DNA of 64,000 nucleotides from Pristiophorus japonicus (taxonomy: Eukaryota). The position numbers and the translations under genes are program-made. Location: positions 196,602,001 through 196,666,000 of the forward strand of contig NC_091989.1 of the NCBI RefSeq assembly GCF_044704955.1, read 5' to 3'. Below are positions 13,045-24,084 of this stretch, in pieces. Each line of letters opens with the position of its first letter. Within the stretch, counting starts at the first letter, position 1. Below the pieces are notes generated by a model. The model saw only the letters and a list, made by a program, of their open reading frames with translations. It did no database searches and had not been told where the DNA came from.

Positions 13045-14655
13045 GTACGGTAGCATAGTGATTATGTTACTGGAGTAGTAAGCCAGAGGCCTGGACTAAT
13101 GATCCAGGGATATGAGTTCAAGTCCCACCATGGCAGCTGGATTCAGTTAATTAAATAAACATAAATAGGAGTAGGTCATTTGGCCCCTCGAGCCTGCTCC
13201 GCCATTCAATAAGATCATGGCTGATCTGATCATGAGCTCAGCTCCACTTCCCGGCCTGTTCCCCATAACCCTTGACTCCCTTATCATTCAAAAATCTGTC
13301 TACGCCTTAAATATATCCAATGACCCAGCCTCCACTGCTCTCTGGAGCAGAGAATTTTACAGATTTACAATCCTCTGAGAGAAGAAATTCCTCCTCATCT
13401 CAATTTTAAATGGGCGACCCCTTATTCTGGAACTATGCCCCCTCGTTCTAGATTCCCACATGAGTGAAAACATCCTCTCTGCATCTAGTTTGTCGAGCTC
13501 TCTCATTATCTTATATGTTTCAATAAGATCACCTCTCATTCTTCTGAACTCCAATGAGTATAGGCTCAACCTTTATAAGTCAACCCCTTCATCTCAGGAA
13601 TCAACCGAGTGAACCTTCTCTGAACTGTCTCCAATGCAAGTATATCCCTCCTTAAATAAGGAGACCAAAACGGTACGCAGTACTCTCGGTGTGGCCTCAC
13701 CAATACCCTGTACAGTTGTAGCAGGACTTCCCTGCTTTTATACTCTAGCCCCCTTGCAATAAAGGCCAACATTCCATTTGCCTTCCTAATTACTTGCTGT
13801 GCCTGCACACTAACTTTATGTATTTCATGCACAAGGACCTCCAGGTCCCTCTGTACAGCAGCATTTTGTAATTTTTCTCCATTGAAATTATTATTTTTTT
13901 TTTGCCAAAGTGGATAACCTCACACTTACCCACATTATACTCCATCTGCCAAATTTTTGCCCACTCACCTAGCCTGTTTATATCCCTTTGAAGATTTTTT
14001 GTGTCCTCCTCATAACTTGCTTTCCACCCATCTTTGTATCATCAGCAAACTTGGCTACATTACACTCGGTCCCTTCATCCAAATCATTAATATAGATTGT
14101 AAATAGTTGAGGCCCCAGCACCGATCCTTGTGGTACCCCACTAGTTACTGTTTGCCAACCAGAAAATTACCCATTTATCCTGGCTGTTTTCTGTTAGTTA
14201 GCCAATCGTCTATATATTTCCCCTAACCCCGTGAACTTTTATCTTGTGCAGTAACCTTTTATGTGGCACCTTATCGAATGCCTTCTGAAAATCCAAACAC
14301 ACCAAATGTGCAATTAAAAAGCTAGTATCAATAATGGTGACCATGAAACTAGCGGATTGTCGGAAAAACCCATCTGCTTCACTAATGTCCTTTAGGGAAG
14401 GAAATCTGCTGTCCTTACCTGGTCTGTTCTAAATGTGACTCCAGACCTACAGCAATGTGGTTGACTCTTAACTGCCCTCTGAAATGGCCTCGCAAGCCAC
14501 TACGTTGTACGAAACCGCTATGACGAAGGCAGCACTGTGGGAGTACCTTCAGCACAGGACTGCAGCAGTTCAAGAAGGAGGCTCACCACCACCATCTTCT
14601 AAAGGGCAATTACGATGGGCAATAAATGTCGCTCTTGCCAGCGACGCCCACATAC
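13045..14655 (+). mobile_element. tRNA-derived SINE split by a CR1 insertion (head ~13045-13158, body and tail ~14306-14655)
   Basis: Head GGTAGCATAGTG...GAGTTCAAGTCCCACC (A/B boxes); tail GATGGGCAATAAATG...GCCAGCGACGCCCACAT shared with the LINE at 8700-10200. Confidence 0.65.
13160..14305 (-). mobile_element. CR1 LINE 3' portion
   Basis: KANGMLAFIARGLEYKSREVLLQLY and LYSLEFRRMRGDLIETYKI ORFs plus CR1 tail. Confidence 0.92.
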
Positions 14656-14770
14656 TGGTTTTCAGCATTGATCAGTGCAATATTGATTTACAGTATTGAT
14701 CACTGCAGTATTAGTTTTCAGTATTGATCAACAGTATTGGTTTGCAATATTAATCAGTGCAGTATTGATA
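14655..14770. repeat. Short array of the 28-bp CAGTATTGATCAGTG minisatellite
   Basis: Same unit as 18955-19762. Confidence 0.8.
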
Positions 14771-15615
14771 TCATCATCATCATTATCAGCATAGGCAGTC
14801 CCTCGAATTCGAGGAAGACTTGCTTCCACTGTAAAAGTGAGTTCTCAGGTGACTGAACAGTCCAATACGGGAATTACAGTCTCTCTCACACAGGTAGGAC
14901 AGACAGTCGTTGAAGGAAAGGGTGGGTGGAGAGTCTAGTTTGCCGCATGCTCCTTCCACTGCCTGCGCTTGTTTTCTGCATACTTTCGACGACGAGACTC
15001 GAGGTGCTCAGCACCCCCCCGGATGCTCTTCCTCCACTTAGGGCGGTCTTTGGACAGGGATTCCCAGGTGTCGGTGGGGATGTTGCATTTTATCAAGGAG
15101 GCTTTGAGAGTGTCCTTGAAACATTTCCTCTGCCTACCTGGGGCTCTCTTGCCTTGTAGGAGTTCTGAGTAGAGTACTTGCTTTGGGAGTCTCGTGTCGG
15201 GCATGCGAACAATGTGGCCTGCCCAGCGGAGCTGGTCGAGTGTGGTCAGTGTTTCGATGCTGGGAATGTTGGCCTGGTCGAGGACACTAATGTTAGTGCA
15301 TCTGTCCTCCTAGGGGATTTGCAGGATCTTGCGGAGACACAGTTCTCCAGCAATTTGAGGTGTCTGCTGTGTATGGTCCACGTCTCTGAGCCATACAGGA
15401 GGGTGGGTATCACTACAGCCCTGTAGACAATAAGCTTAGTGCCAAATCTGATCTTCGAACACTCTTTCTCAGGCGGCTGAAGGCTGCGTTGGTGCACTGG
15501 AGGCAATGTTGAACCTCGTCGTCGGTGTCTGCCCTTGCTGATAATAGGCTCCCGAGGTATAGAAAGTGGTCCACATTGTCGAGGGCCGCACCGTGGATCT
15601 TGACGACTGGGGGCC
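14771..15615 (-). mobile_element. RTE-clade LINE, 5'-truncated
   Basis: YRAVVIPTLLYGSETWT and MPDTRLPKQVLYSELLQGKR ORF remnants; (ATG)n tail. Confidence 0.9.
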
Positions 15616-16444
15616 AGTGTTGTCATCATCATAGGCAGATGGAGATAGACAGATTTTTGAGTGCAGCGGGCAGGGAAGTGGAGTTGAGGCCAAAATCAGA
15701 TCAGCTATGATCTTATTGAATGGCGGAGCAGGCTCAAGGGACCAAGTGGCCGACTCCTGCTCCTATTTCTTATGTTCTTATGTTATTACACAGAATATCC
15801 AGTACAGAAACAGGCCATTCGGCCCAACTGCTCCATGCTGGTATATATGTTCCATACGAGCCTCCTCCCACCCTTCTTCATGTCACCTATCAGCATATCC
15901 TTCGATTCTTTTCTCCCTCATGTACTTATCTGGCTTCCCCCTAAATGCATCTATATTATTCGCCTCAACCACTCCCTGTGGTAGCAAGTTCCACATTCTC
16001 ACCAGTCTCTGGGTAAAGAAGTTTCTCCTGAATTACCATTTGGATTTATTCGTGACTATCTTATATTGATGGTCCCTACTTTTGGACACCCCCACAAGTG
16101 GAAATATCTTCTCTACGTCAACCCTATCAAACCTTCTCATAATTCTAAAGACCTCGATCAGGTCAACCCTCAGGCATCTCTTAACTAGGGTCTTTCCTGA
16201 TCTCTCAGTTCCAGTATCATCCTTGTAAATCTTTTTTGCACCTTCTTCCAGTGCCTCTCTATGCACGGCTCTCTAAGTGTGAGCTGATATGATCTGTAGC
16301 AACCAGAGAAAATCTTTCCCCATAGACCTTTTGAGAGGATATTTATGGATCTCATTACATCTGATAAACAGGTGCAGGTTCATTTTAGCAAAAGCGAGAG
16401 CTAACACTGGGCTACTATAAAGAGCTTGGGATAGACTTTCCGCT

Positions 16445-16812
16445 TTGAGGAGACTTGACAGGGTAGATGCAGAGAGAATATTTACCCTCGTGGGGGAATC
16501 TAGAACTAGGGGGCATAGTTTCAGAATAAGGGGTTGCCCATTTAAAACGGAGATGAGGAGGAATTTCTTCTCTCAGAGGGTTGTGAATCTGTGGGATTCT
16601 CTACCCCAGAGAGCTGTGGAGGCTAGGTCATTGAATATATTTAAGGTGGAGATAGACTGATTTTTGCATGATAAGGGAGTCAAGGGTTGTGGAGAGCGGG
16701 CAGGGAAGTGGAGCTGAGTCCATGATCAGATCAGCCATGATCTTATTGAATGGCGGAGCAGGCTCGAGGGACCAAATGGCCTACTCCTGCTCCTATTCTT
16801 ATGTTCTTATGT
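16445..16812 (+). mobile_element. CR1 LINE 3' end
   Basis: RTRGHSFRIRG...RRNFFSQRVVNLW; tail TTCTTATGTTCTTATGTT. Confidence 0.9.
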
Positions 16813-17482
16813 TCCTTGAATGAAAATAAAGAGCCCAGTGTTTCGATAGACACCCAGAGATGCAATCACAGAATTCCATTTCGGACGTTCTAGCAATTAA
16901 CTAAAGTTTTTTTTTATTCTACAGATTTGAGCAGTAGATGAACCAAAATGGTGAGTGTTTTTTTCTGCATATTTCCATATAAACCTTAAAGCAATGCTGT
17001 TGACTCGTAACTGCCCTCTGAACTGCAAGCCACTCAGTTGTATCAAACCACGAGGAAAACACCACACGGACTGCAGCGGTTCAAGAAGGAGGTTCACCAC
17101 CATCTTCTCAAGGGCAGTTAGGGATGGGCAATAAATGCCGGCCTTGCCTGCAATGCCCACATCCCAGGAACGAAAAAAGAAAAAAAATTACAAACTATTA
17201 GCAGAAGGGCCGAGAACCAGAGGACACAGATTTGAGTAGTTCGGATCTGGAATGCACTGCCTGAAAGGGTGGTGGAGGCAGACTTAATAGTGGCTTTCAA
17301 AGCGAATTGGATAAGTACCTGAAGAAAAAATAGGTTCAGGGCTACGGGGAAAGGGCGGGGGGAGTGGGACTAGCTGAAGTGATCTTGCAGATAGCCAGCA
17401 CGGGCTCAGCGGGCCGAATGGCCTCCTGTGATTCTAAAAGCCAGGTTGTAAGATCTGGGAATTAATCTATTACCCACACATT

Positions 17483-18847
17483 GGGCTCAGGTTTCCGCCC
17501 TCTGGAAAAACGGCGCATCTCAATAATGTGTGCCGACTTTCTGGAAGAAAAAGGGCGCCGAAAACTTACCTTGTGATTCTGTGAGCACTTCAGGACGTCT
17601 TCGTGCTCGCCATGGCGCAGCACAAGGGGTCGGGGGCGGAGCCAGGTCCCGGCGCTGAAAACAGTGCCGGGACCTCTGCACATGCGCGCTAGAGTGTGCG
17701 CGCATGTGCAGTAGCTCCAGGCCCCCGAGGCTGTGTGGGAGGGGCCCAAAGCACGCCGCCCCTAGCCCTGGCCAAATGGGCTGCCAGGGAGGTGAAGATC
17801 GGACTCGGGCCTCCCTCCTCTTCAGCTTCAGCTCCCGCTCCCCCCTCCGCCCTCCCTCCCGGTAAGGTCCCGCTCTGGCTCCACCACCACCCCCCCGTTC
17901 AAGTCCTGCTCTGTCTCCCACCCCCCCCCGCCTCCCCTCCCCCCTCTCCTCTTCCCTCCCCTCTGACTCTCCTCCACTCTCACCTCTTCCCCCCTGACTC
18001 TCCTCCCCCCTCCTCTCTTCCCCTCCCTACTCTCCCCTCCCTCTCCATATCCTCTTCCCTCCCTCTCCCCTCCTCTTCCCTCCCTCCCCCTCCTCTCTCT
18101 TCCCTCTCTCTTCCCTCCCTCCCTCTTCCCTCCCTCTCCCCTTCCCTCCCTCTTCCCCCTCTTCCCTCTCCTTCCCCCTCCTCTTCCTCCCCTCCTCTTC
18201 CCCCCTCCTCTTCCCCCCTTCCTCCCCCTCCCCCCTTCCTCCCCCACCCCTCGCTGTCAGAAACACAGAGAGACACTGACAGAGACAGAGAGAGAGCGAG
18301 AGAGACACTGACAGAGAGACACTGTCCCAGCATGCTGTTGGAGGGCTCCCGGTGCTGCAGTCGGTGAGTAGAAACGTAATTTTTTATTTGATGATTTTTT
18401 TTATTTTTATTTTTTTTATTTTTTTTGATTGATTTATTGGTTGATTTATTGATTTAGTTATCATTTATTATTGATGATGGCTCTTTATTTGTAAAAGTGA
18501 AGTGTTTAATGTTTGTAAACTTCCCTCCCCCCCTCCCCCATCTCTCGTTCCCTACACCTGATTTCTAAGTGTAGGCAAGGTTTTTCTGAGCGTACAAAAA
18601 TCTACACTTACTCCATTCTAAGTTAGTTTGGAATAAGTTTTCGCTGCCTAAACTTGCAAAACAGGCGTAAATAGCTGGACACGCCCCCTTTTGAAAAAAA
18701 AATCTGTTCTAAAATGGAACTATTCTAACTCACTAGAACTATTCTAACTCACTAAACTAAATGCCGAGAATTGCAATTTCTAAGATGCTCCATTCTAAAC
18801 TAGTTGCTCCAAAAAAATAGGAGCAACTCAGGCTGAAATTTGAGCCC
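17483..18847. mobile_element. Non-autonomous DNA transposon, PIF/Harbinger-like
   Basis: Imperfect TIRs GGGCTCAGGTTTCCGCC / GGCTGAAATTTGAGCCC (14 of 17 match), 3-bp TSD ATT on both sides, internal CT-rich tract, no transposase. Confidence 0.7.
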
Positions 18848-18954
18848 ATTATAACTGTGTGCTCCCCAATTCTCTATTAGGGAGAGGACAATCTAATAAG
18901 TTTCCTTTTCCAACTTGTCTTTATCTCGTCCTCTCATGATGGCATTGACTCATG

Positions 18955-19762
18955 CTATGGTTTATGGTATTGATCAGTGCATTATTGGTTTTCAGTATTG
19001 ATCAGTGCAGTATTGGATTTCAGTATTGATCAGTGCAGTATTGATCAGTGCAGTTTTAATTTGCAGTATTGATCAGTGCACTATTGGTTTACAGTATTGA
19101 TCTGTGCAGTATTGGTTTACGGTATTGATAAGTGCATTATTGGTTTACGGTATGGATCAGTGCAGTATTGGTTTTCAGTATTGATCTGTGCAGTATTGGT
19201 TTTCAGTATTGATCAGTGCATTATTGGTTTATGGTATGGATCAGTGCAGTATTGGTTTTCAGTATTGATCCGTGCAGTATTGGTTTTCAGTATTGATCTG
19301 TGCATTATTGGTTTTCAGTATTGATCAGTGCATTATTGGTTTTCAGTATTGATCAGTGCATTATTGGTTTATGGTATGGATCAGTGCAGTATTGGTTTTC
19401 AGTATTGATCCGTGCAGTATTGGTTTTCAGTATTGATCAGTGCATTATTGGTTTATGGTATGGATCAGTGCAGTATTGGTTTTCAGTATTGATCTGTGCA
19501 GTATTGGTTTTCAGTATTGATCCGTGCAGTATTTGGTTTACAGTATTGATCAGTGCAGTATTGGTTTATGGTATTTATCACTGCAGTATTACTTTTCAGT
19601 ATTGATCCATGCAGTATTGGTTTTCAGTATTGATCAGTGCAGTATTGGTTTATGGTATGGATCAGTGCAGTATTGGTTTATGGTATTGATCAGTGCATTA
19701 TTGGTTTTCAGTATTGATCAGTGCAGTTTTGGTTTTCAGTATTAATCAGTGCAGTATTAGTT
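18955..19762. repeat. 28-bp minisatellite (TATTGGTTTTCAGTATTGATCAGTGCAG)n
   Basis: About 28 variant tandem units over ~800 bp. Confidence 0.95.
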
Positions 19763-21262
19763 TCATCATCATAGGCAGTCCCTCGGAATCGAGGAAGATT
19801 TGCTTCCACTCCTAAAGTGAGTCCTTTGGTGTCTGAACAGTCCAATGCGAGAGCCACAGACCCTGTCACAGGTGGGACAGACATTCATCGGGGGAAGGGG
19901 GGGTGATGTGGGACTGATTTGCCGCACGCTCCTTCCGCTGCCTGAACCTGACCTCTTCATGCTCGCAGCGTTGAGATTCGAAGAGCTCAACGCCATCCCG
20001 GATGCACTTTCTCCACCTAGGGCGGTCTTCGGCCAGGGTCTCCCAGGTGTCAGTGGTGATGTCGCACTTTACCTTGTAACGTTTCCACTGCCTACCTTCG
20101 GCTCATTTACCATGAAGGAGCTCCACATAAAGCATTTGCTTAGGGAGCCTCGTGTCTGACATGCGAACTATGTGGCTTGCTCAACGAAGCGGATCGAATG
20201 TGGTCAGTATTTCAATCCTGGGGATGTTAGCCTGGGCGAGGACAATGATGTTGGTGCGCCTGTCCTCCCAGGGGATTTGCAGGATCTTGCGGAGACATCG
20301 TTGGTGATGTATCTCCAGCGACTTGAGGTGTCTTCTGTACATATTCCATGCCTCTGATCCAGGGCGGGTATTACTACAGCCCTGTAGACCATGAGTTGGT
20401 AGATTTGAGGGCCTGGTCTTCGAACACTCTTTTCCTCAGGTGGCCGAAGGCTGCACTGGAGGCGATGTTGAATCTCCGCATCAATGTCTGCCTTTGTTGA
20501 TAAAAGGCTCCTGAGGTATGGGAAGTGGTCCATGTTGTCGAGGGCCACACCGTGAATCTTGATGACTGGGGGGCAATGCTGTGTGACGAGGACAGGCTGG
20601 TGGAGGACCTTTGTCTTAAGGATATTAAGCATAAAGCCCATGCTTTCATATGCCTCGGTGAATACATCAACTATATCCTGGAGTTCAGCCTCAGAATGTG
20701 CACAGACACAGGCGTCGTCTGCGTACTGCAGCCCAATGACAGAGGTTGAGGTGATCTTGGACCTGGCCTGGTGGCTGCATAGGTTAAATAGCTTCTCACT
20801 GGTTCTGTAGTTTAGTTCCACTCCAGCGGGGAGCTTGTTGACTGTAAGGTGGAGCATGGCAGTGAGGAAGATTGAGAAGAGGGTTGGAGCAATGACGCAG
20901 CCCTGTTTGACCCCGGTCCGGATGTGGATTGGGTCTGTAATGGAACCGCTAGTAAGGATCATGGCCTGCATGTCGTCGTGGAGCAGGCGAAGGATATTGA
21001 CAAACTTTTGGGGGCAACCAAAGCAGAGGAGGATGCTCCATAAGCCCTCACAGTTGACAGTGTCAAAGGCCTTTGTAAGATCGAAAAAGGCCATGTATAA
21101 GGGCTGGAGCTGCTCCCTGAATTTTACCTGCAGTTGTCGCACTGAAAAGATCATGTCCGTTGTGCCCCGTAGGATACGAAATCCGCACTGTGATTCTGGG
21201 AGGAGCTCCTCGGCCACAGGGAGAAGATGGTTGAGGAGAACTCTAGCAACAACCTTCCCAGT
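19763..21262 (-). mobile_element. RTE-clade LINE with reverse-transcriptase domain, 5'-truncated
   Basis: ORF 20204-21217 contains LPESQCGFR, FFDLTKAFDTV, GVKQGCVIAP and QYADD; C-terminal CPTC...RIGLFRHQRTH; (ATG)n tail. Confidence 0.95.
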
Positions 21263-21349
21263 GTGCCTTCTTAACCACCTTATCTACCTGGCCTGCTACC
21301 TTCAGGGATCTGTGGACATGCATTCCCAGGTCCATTTGTTACTCTACAC

Positions 21350-21832
21350 TTGTGCCGTTTTTTGGATGAGACGTTAAACCGAGGCTCCATCTGCCCTCTC
21401 AGGTGGATGTTGTCATGTATTCAACCAGCATTGTTCTCACAGTGTAAGAAACTTGTGTTAACATGCGATGCGTCGTCCTATGGTGTCGGGTGTGCGTTGC
21501 AACATGTCAGTGCCAAGGGTCAGATTATACATGGGTTACAATTCTGGTTGAATACATGACAGACGTAAACGATCCCATGGTACTATTTCGAAGAAGAGCA
21601 GAGTTCTCCCGGGGATCCTGGCCAATATTTTTTCCTCAATCAACATAATTAAAACAGATCATCTGGTCATTATTATATTGCTGTTTGTGGGAGCTTGCTG
21701 TGCACAAATTGGCTGCTGTGTTTCCTACATTACAACAGTGACTACACTCCAAAAGTACTTCATTGGCTGTCAAGCGTTTTGGGACGTCCTGGGGTCGTGA
21801 AAGGCACTTTATAAATGCAAATCGTTCTTTCA
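21350..21832 (+). mobile_element. Deu-domain SINE body, interrupted at 21411-21561
   Basis: GGATGAGACGTTAAACCGAGG...CAGGTGGATGT, then GACGTAAACGATCCCATGG...GAAAGGCACTTTATAAATGCAA. Confidence 0.85.
21411..21561. mobile_element. 151-bp LTR-retrotransposon-derived mini-element with terminal inverted repeats
   Basis: Perfect 18-bp inverted termini TGTCATGTATTCAACCAG; TSD GATGT/GACGT; internal Gypsy RNase H-like LVLTCDASSYGVGCALQH. Confidence 0.8.
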
Positions 21833-22084
21833 TTGTGTCTATGCTAGCTCTTTGGTTGAGCTATCCAATTTGTCCTACTCTCCTGCCCCTTTCCCATAGT
21901 CCTGCAAATTTTCCCTTTTCAAGTATTTATCCAATTCACTTTTGAAAGTTACTATTGAATCTGCTTCCACCGCCCTTTCAGGCAGCGTTCCAGATCACAA
22001 CAACTCACTGCGTTAAAAAAAGCTTCCTCAATCACCAATTACTTTAAATGTGTGTCCTCTGGTTAGCAACTCTTCTGCTGCAGA

Positions 22085-22820
22085 CCCTCTCCCCGTCCTC
22101 CCTCTCTCCTCTTTCTGGCTCAGCCCATTTCCCTCACTCTACCTCTGTCTCTCCCTTCTCAATCCATCCCTCTCCCCGTTCTTCTCTCTTGCTTTCTCCT
22201 CCTCCCATTCTATATCACTCTCCTTCATCTCTCTATCCCCTCATCTCTCATTCTTTCCCCCTCTCCCTCCACCTCCTTCTCTATCCCTCCCCTCTATCTC
22301 TCTCCCTCTCTATCGCTTCCCTCCCCCCCTCGCTCTCCTCTTTCCCTCTCTCCACCTCCTTCTCTATCCCTTCCCTCCCTCCCTTTCTATCCCTTCCCTC
22401 CCTCCTTCTCTATCCCTTCCCTCTCCTCCTTCCCTTTCTCCACCTCCTTCTGTATCCCTTCCCAACCTCCCTCTCTCCACCTCCTCCTATATCCCTCCCT
22501 CCCTAGCCCGTTCTTCCCTCCCTCCATATCACTTTCCTCCCTCTCTCCACCTCCTTCGCTATCCCTCCCCTCCCTCTCTCCGCCTCCTTCTCTATCCCTT
22601 CCCTCCCTCCCTCCCTCTCTATCCCTTCCCTCCCTCTCTCACTCTATCCCTTCCCTTCCTCTCTCCCTTCCCTCCTTCCCTCCCCCTCTCTCTCTATCCC
22701 TTCCCTCCCTCTCTCCACCTCCTTCCCTATCCCTCCCTCCCTCTCTATCTCTTCCCTCCCTCTTTCTATCCCTTCCCTCCCTCCACCTCCTCTCTCCATC
22801 CCTCCCTCCCTCTCCCCCTG
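22085..22820. repeat. CT-rich low-complexity tract upstream of the putative HAS3 promoter
   Basis: (CCCTCCCTCTCTCTAT)-like repeats. Confidence 0.9.
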
Positions 22821-23280
22821 CCGGTGACGTGCTCTGCTCTTTCTCGGATCTTTCTCTGATTCGAGCTTCGATCCTCCCCACTCGCCGCCGCGGGTTTAAG
22901 AGAAAAGTTGCTGCCGCTCCGCGCATTCGGAGGAGGATCGAGGCAGTGAGAGCGGAGCCCGGGGACCGCAGCCAGCCGCAAAGGTGAGACCGGGACCGGG
23001 ACCTTGAGAGGGATTGGGACTGGGACCCAGCGCCCGACCCTGGGTTTGCGCTTCAGTTGCTGTGGATGGAGCAGGTCAGGTTCAGGTGCTGATCCAGGTT
23101 GGCTCCGGGTCCTCCGGTGAAAGGTTCCAGCCGCTTTTCTCCCAATTGACCGGGAGAATGAGCCCGATCTCCGGGAGAGGCGGCACCCGGGGGCGATCCT
23201 TTGTCCGGCTCCAGCCGCAGTCACACCGGCACTCATCGGGATCCCGTGTCCGCCGGGGAAATCCCAGCGCTTCCCGGGAA
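22820..23280 (+). promoter_or_regulatory. HAS3: CpG-rich putative HAS3 promoter with non-coding first exon (donor AAG|GTGAGA at 22983/22984)
   Basis: Unique CpG-dense patch 4.4 kb upstream of the first coding exon, which itself starts after an acceptor. CRE/ATF-like TGACGT at 22825, TATA-like TTTAAG at 22895, strong donor. Vertebrate HAS genes have a non-coding exon 1. Confidence 0.6.
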
Positions 23281-23477
23281 AAGAAATATAGTACACTGAT
23301 AGAGAGGACAGTGATAGAGAGAGGGGGGGGGGGGGGGGGGTCAGTGATATATATATGAGAGACAAAGACACTGTACAATAGAGAGGACAATAATAGAGGA
23401 CAGTGATATATATAGAGACAAAGACACTGTACAATACAGAGAGAGAGAAATACAGAGCAGTAATAGAGAGGGAGACA

Positions 23478-24080
23478 ATATTCGAGAAAATAATCCGGGA
23501 TAAAATTAATTGTCACTTCGAAAAATATGCGTTAATAAATGAAAGTCAGCACCGATTTGTTAAAGGCAGATCCTGTTTGACTAGCTTGATTTAATTGTTT
23601 GATGAAGTAACGGAGAGGGCTGATGAGGGTAGTGAGGTTGATGTTGTGTATATGGACTTTCAAAAAGCGTTTGACAAAGTGCCACATAATAGATTTGTTA
23701 GCAACATTAAAGACCATGGGATTAAAGGGACAGTGGCAGCATGGATACAGAATTGGGTAAGGGACAGAGAGCAAGGGTGAACGGTTGTTTTTCAGACTGG
23801 AGGGAAGTATACTGTGGTGCTCCTCAGAGGTAGGACCACTGCTCTTTTTGATATATATTAATGACCTGGACTTGTATATAATTTCAAAGTTTGGAGATGA
23901 TATGAAACTTGGAAATGTAGTAAACAGTGAGGATACTAACAGACTTCAGGAGGACATAGACAGACTGGTGTACACAAATCTTTGAAGGTGTCTGGACAAG
24001 TTTGAGAAAGCCGTTCAGCATATAGGATCCTTGGCTTTATTAATAGAGACATAGAGTACAAAAACAAGTAAGTTATGCTA
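23478..24080 (+). mobile_element. Degraded CR1 ORF2 fragment
   Basis: [27 protein letters not shown] and ISKFGDD remnants. Confidence 0.85.
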
Positions 24081-24084
24081 AATG

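Noticed and set aside
18955-19762. CRISPR-like appearance of 28-42 bp repeats (also 24803, 33530, 36935, 46435)
   Set aside because: Units are head-to-tail with no unique spacers, there are no cas genes, and the context is eukaryotic.
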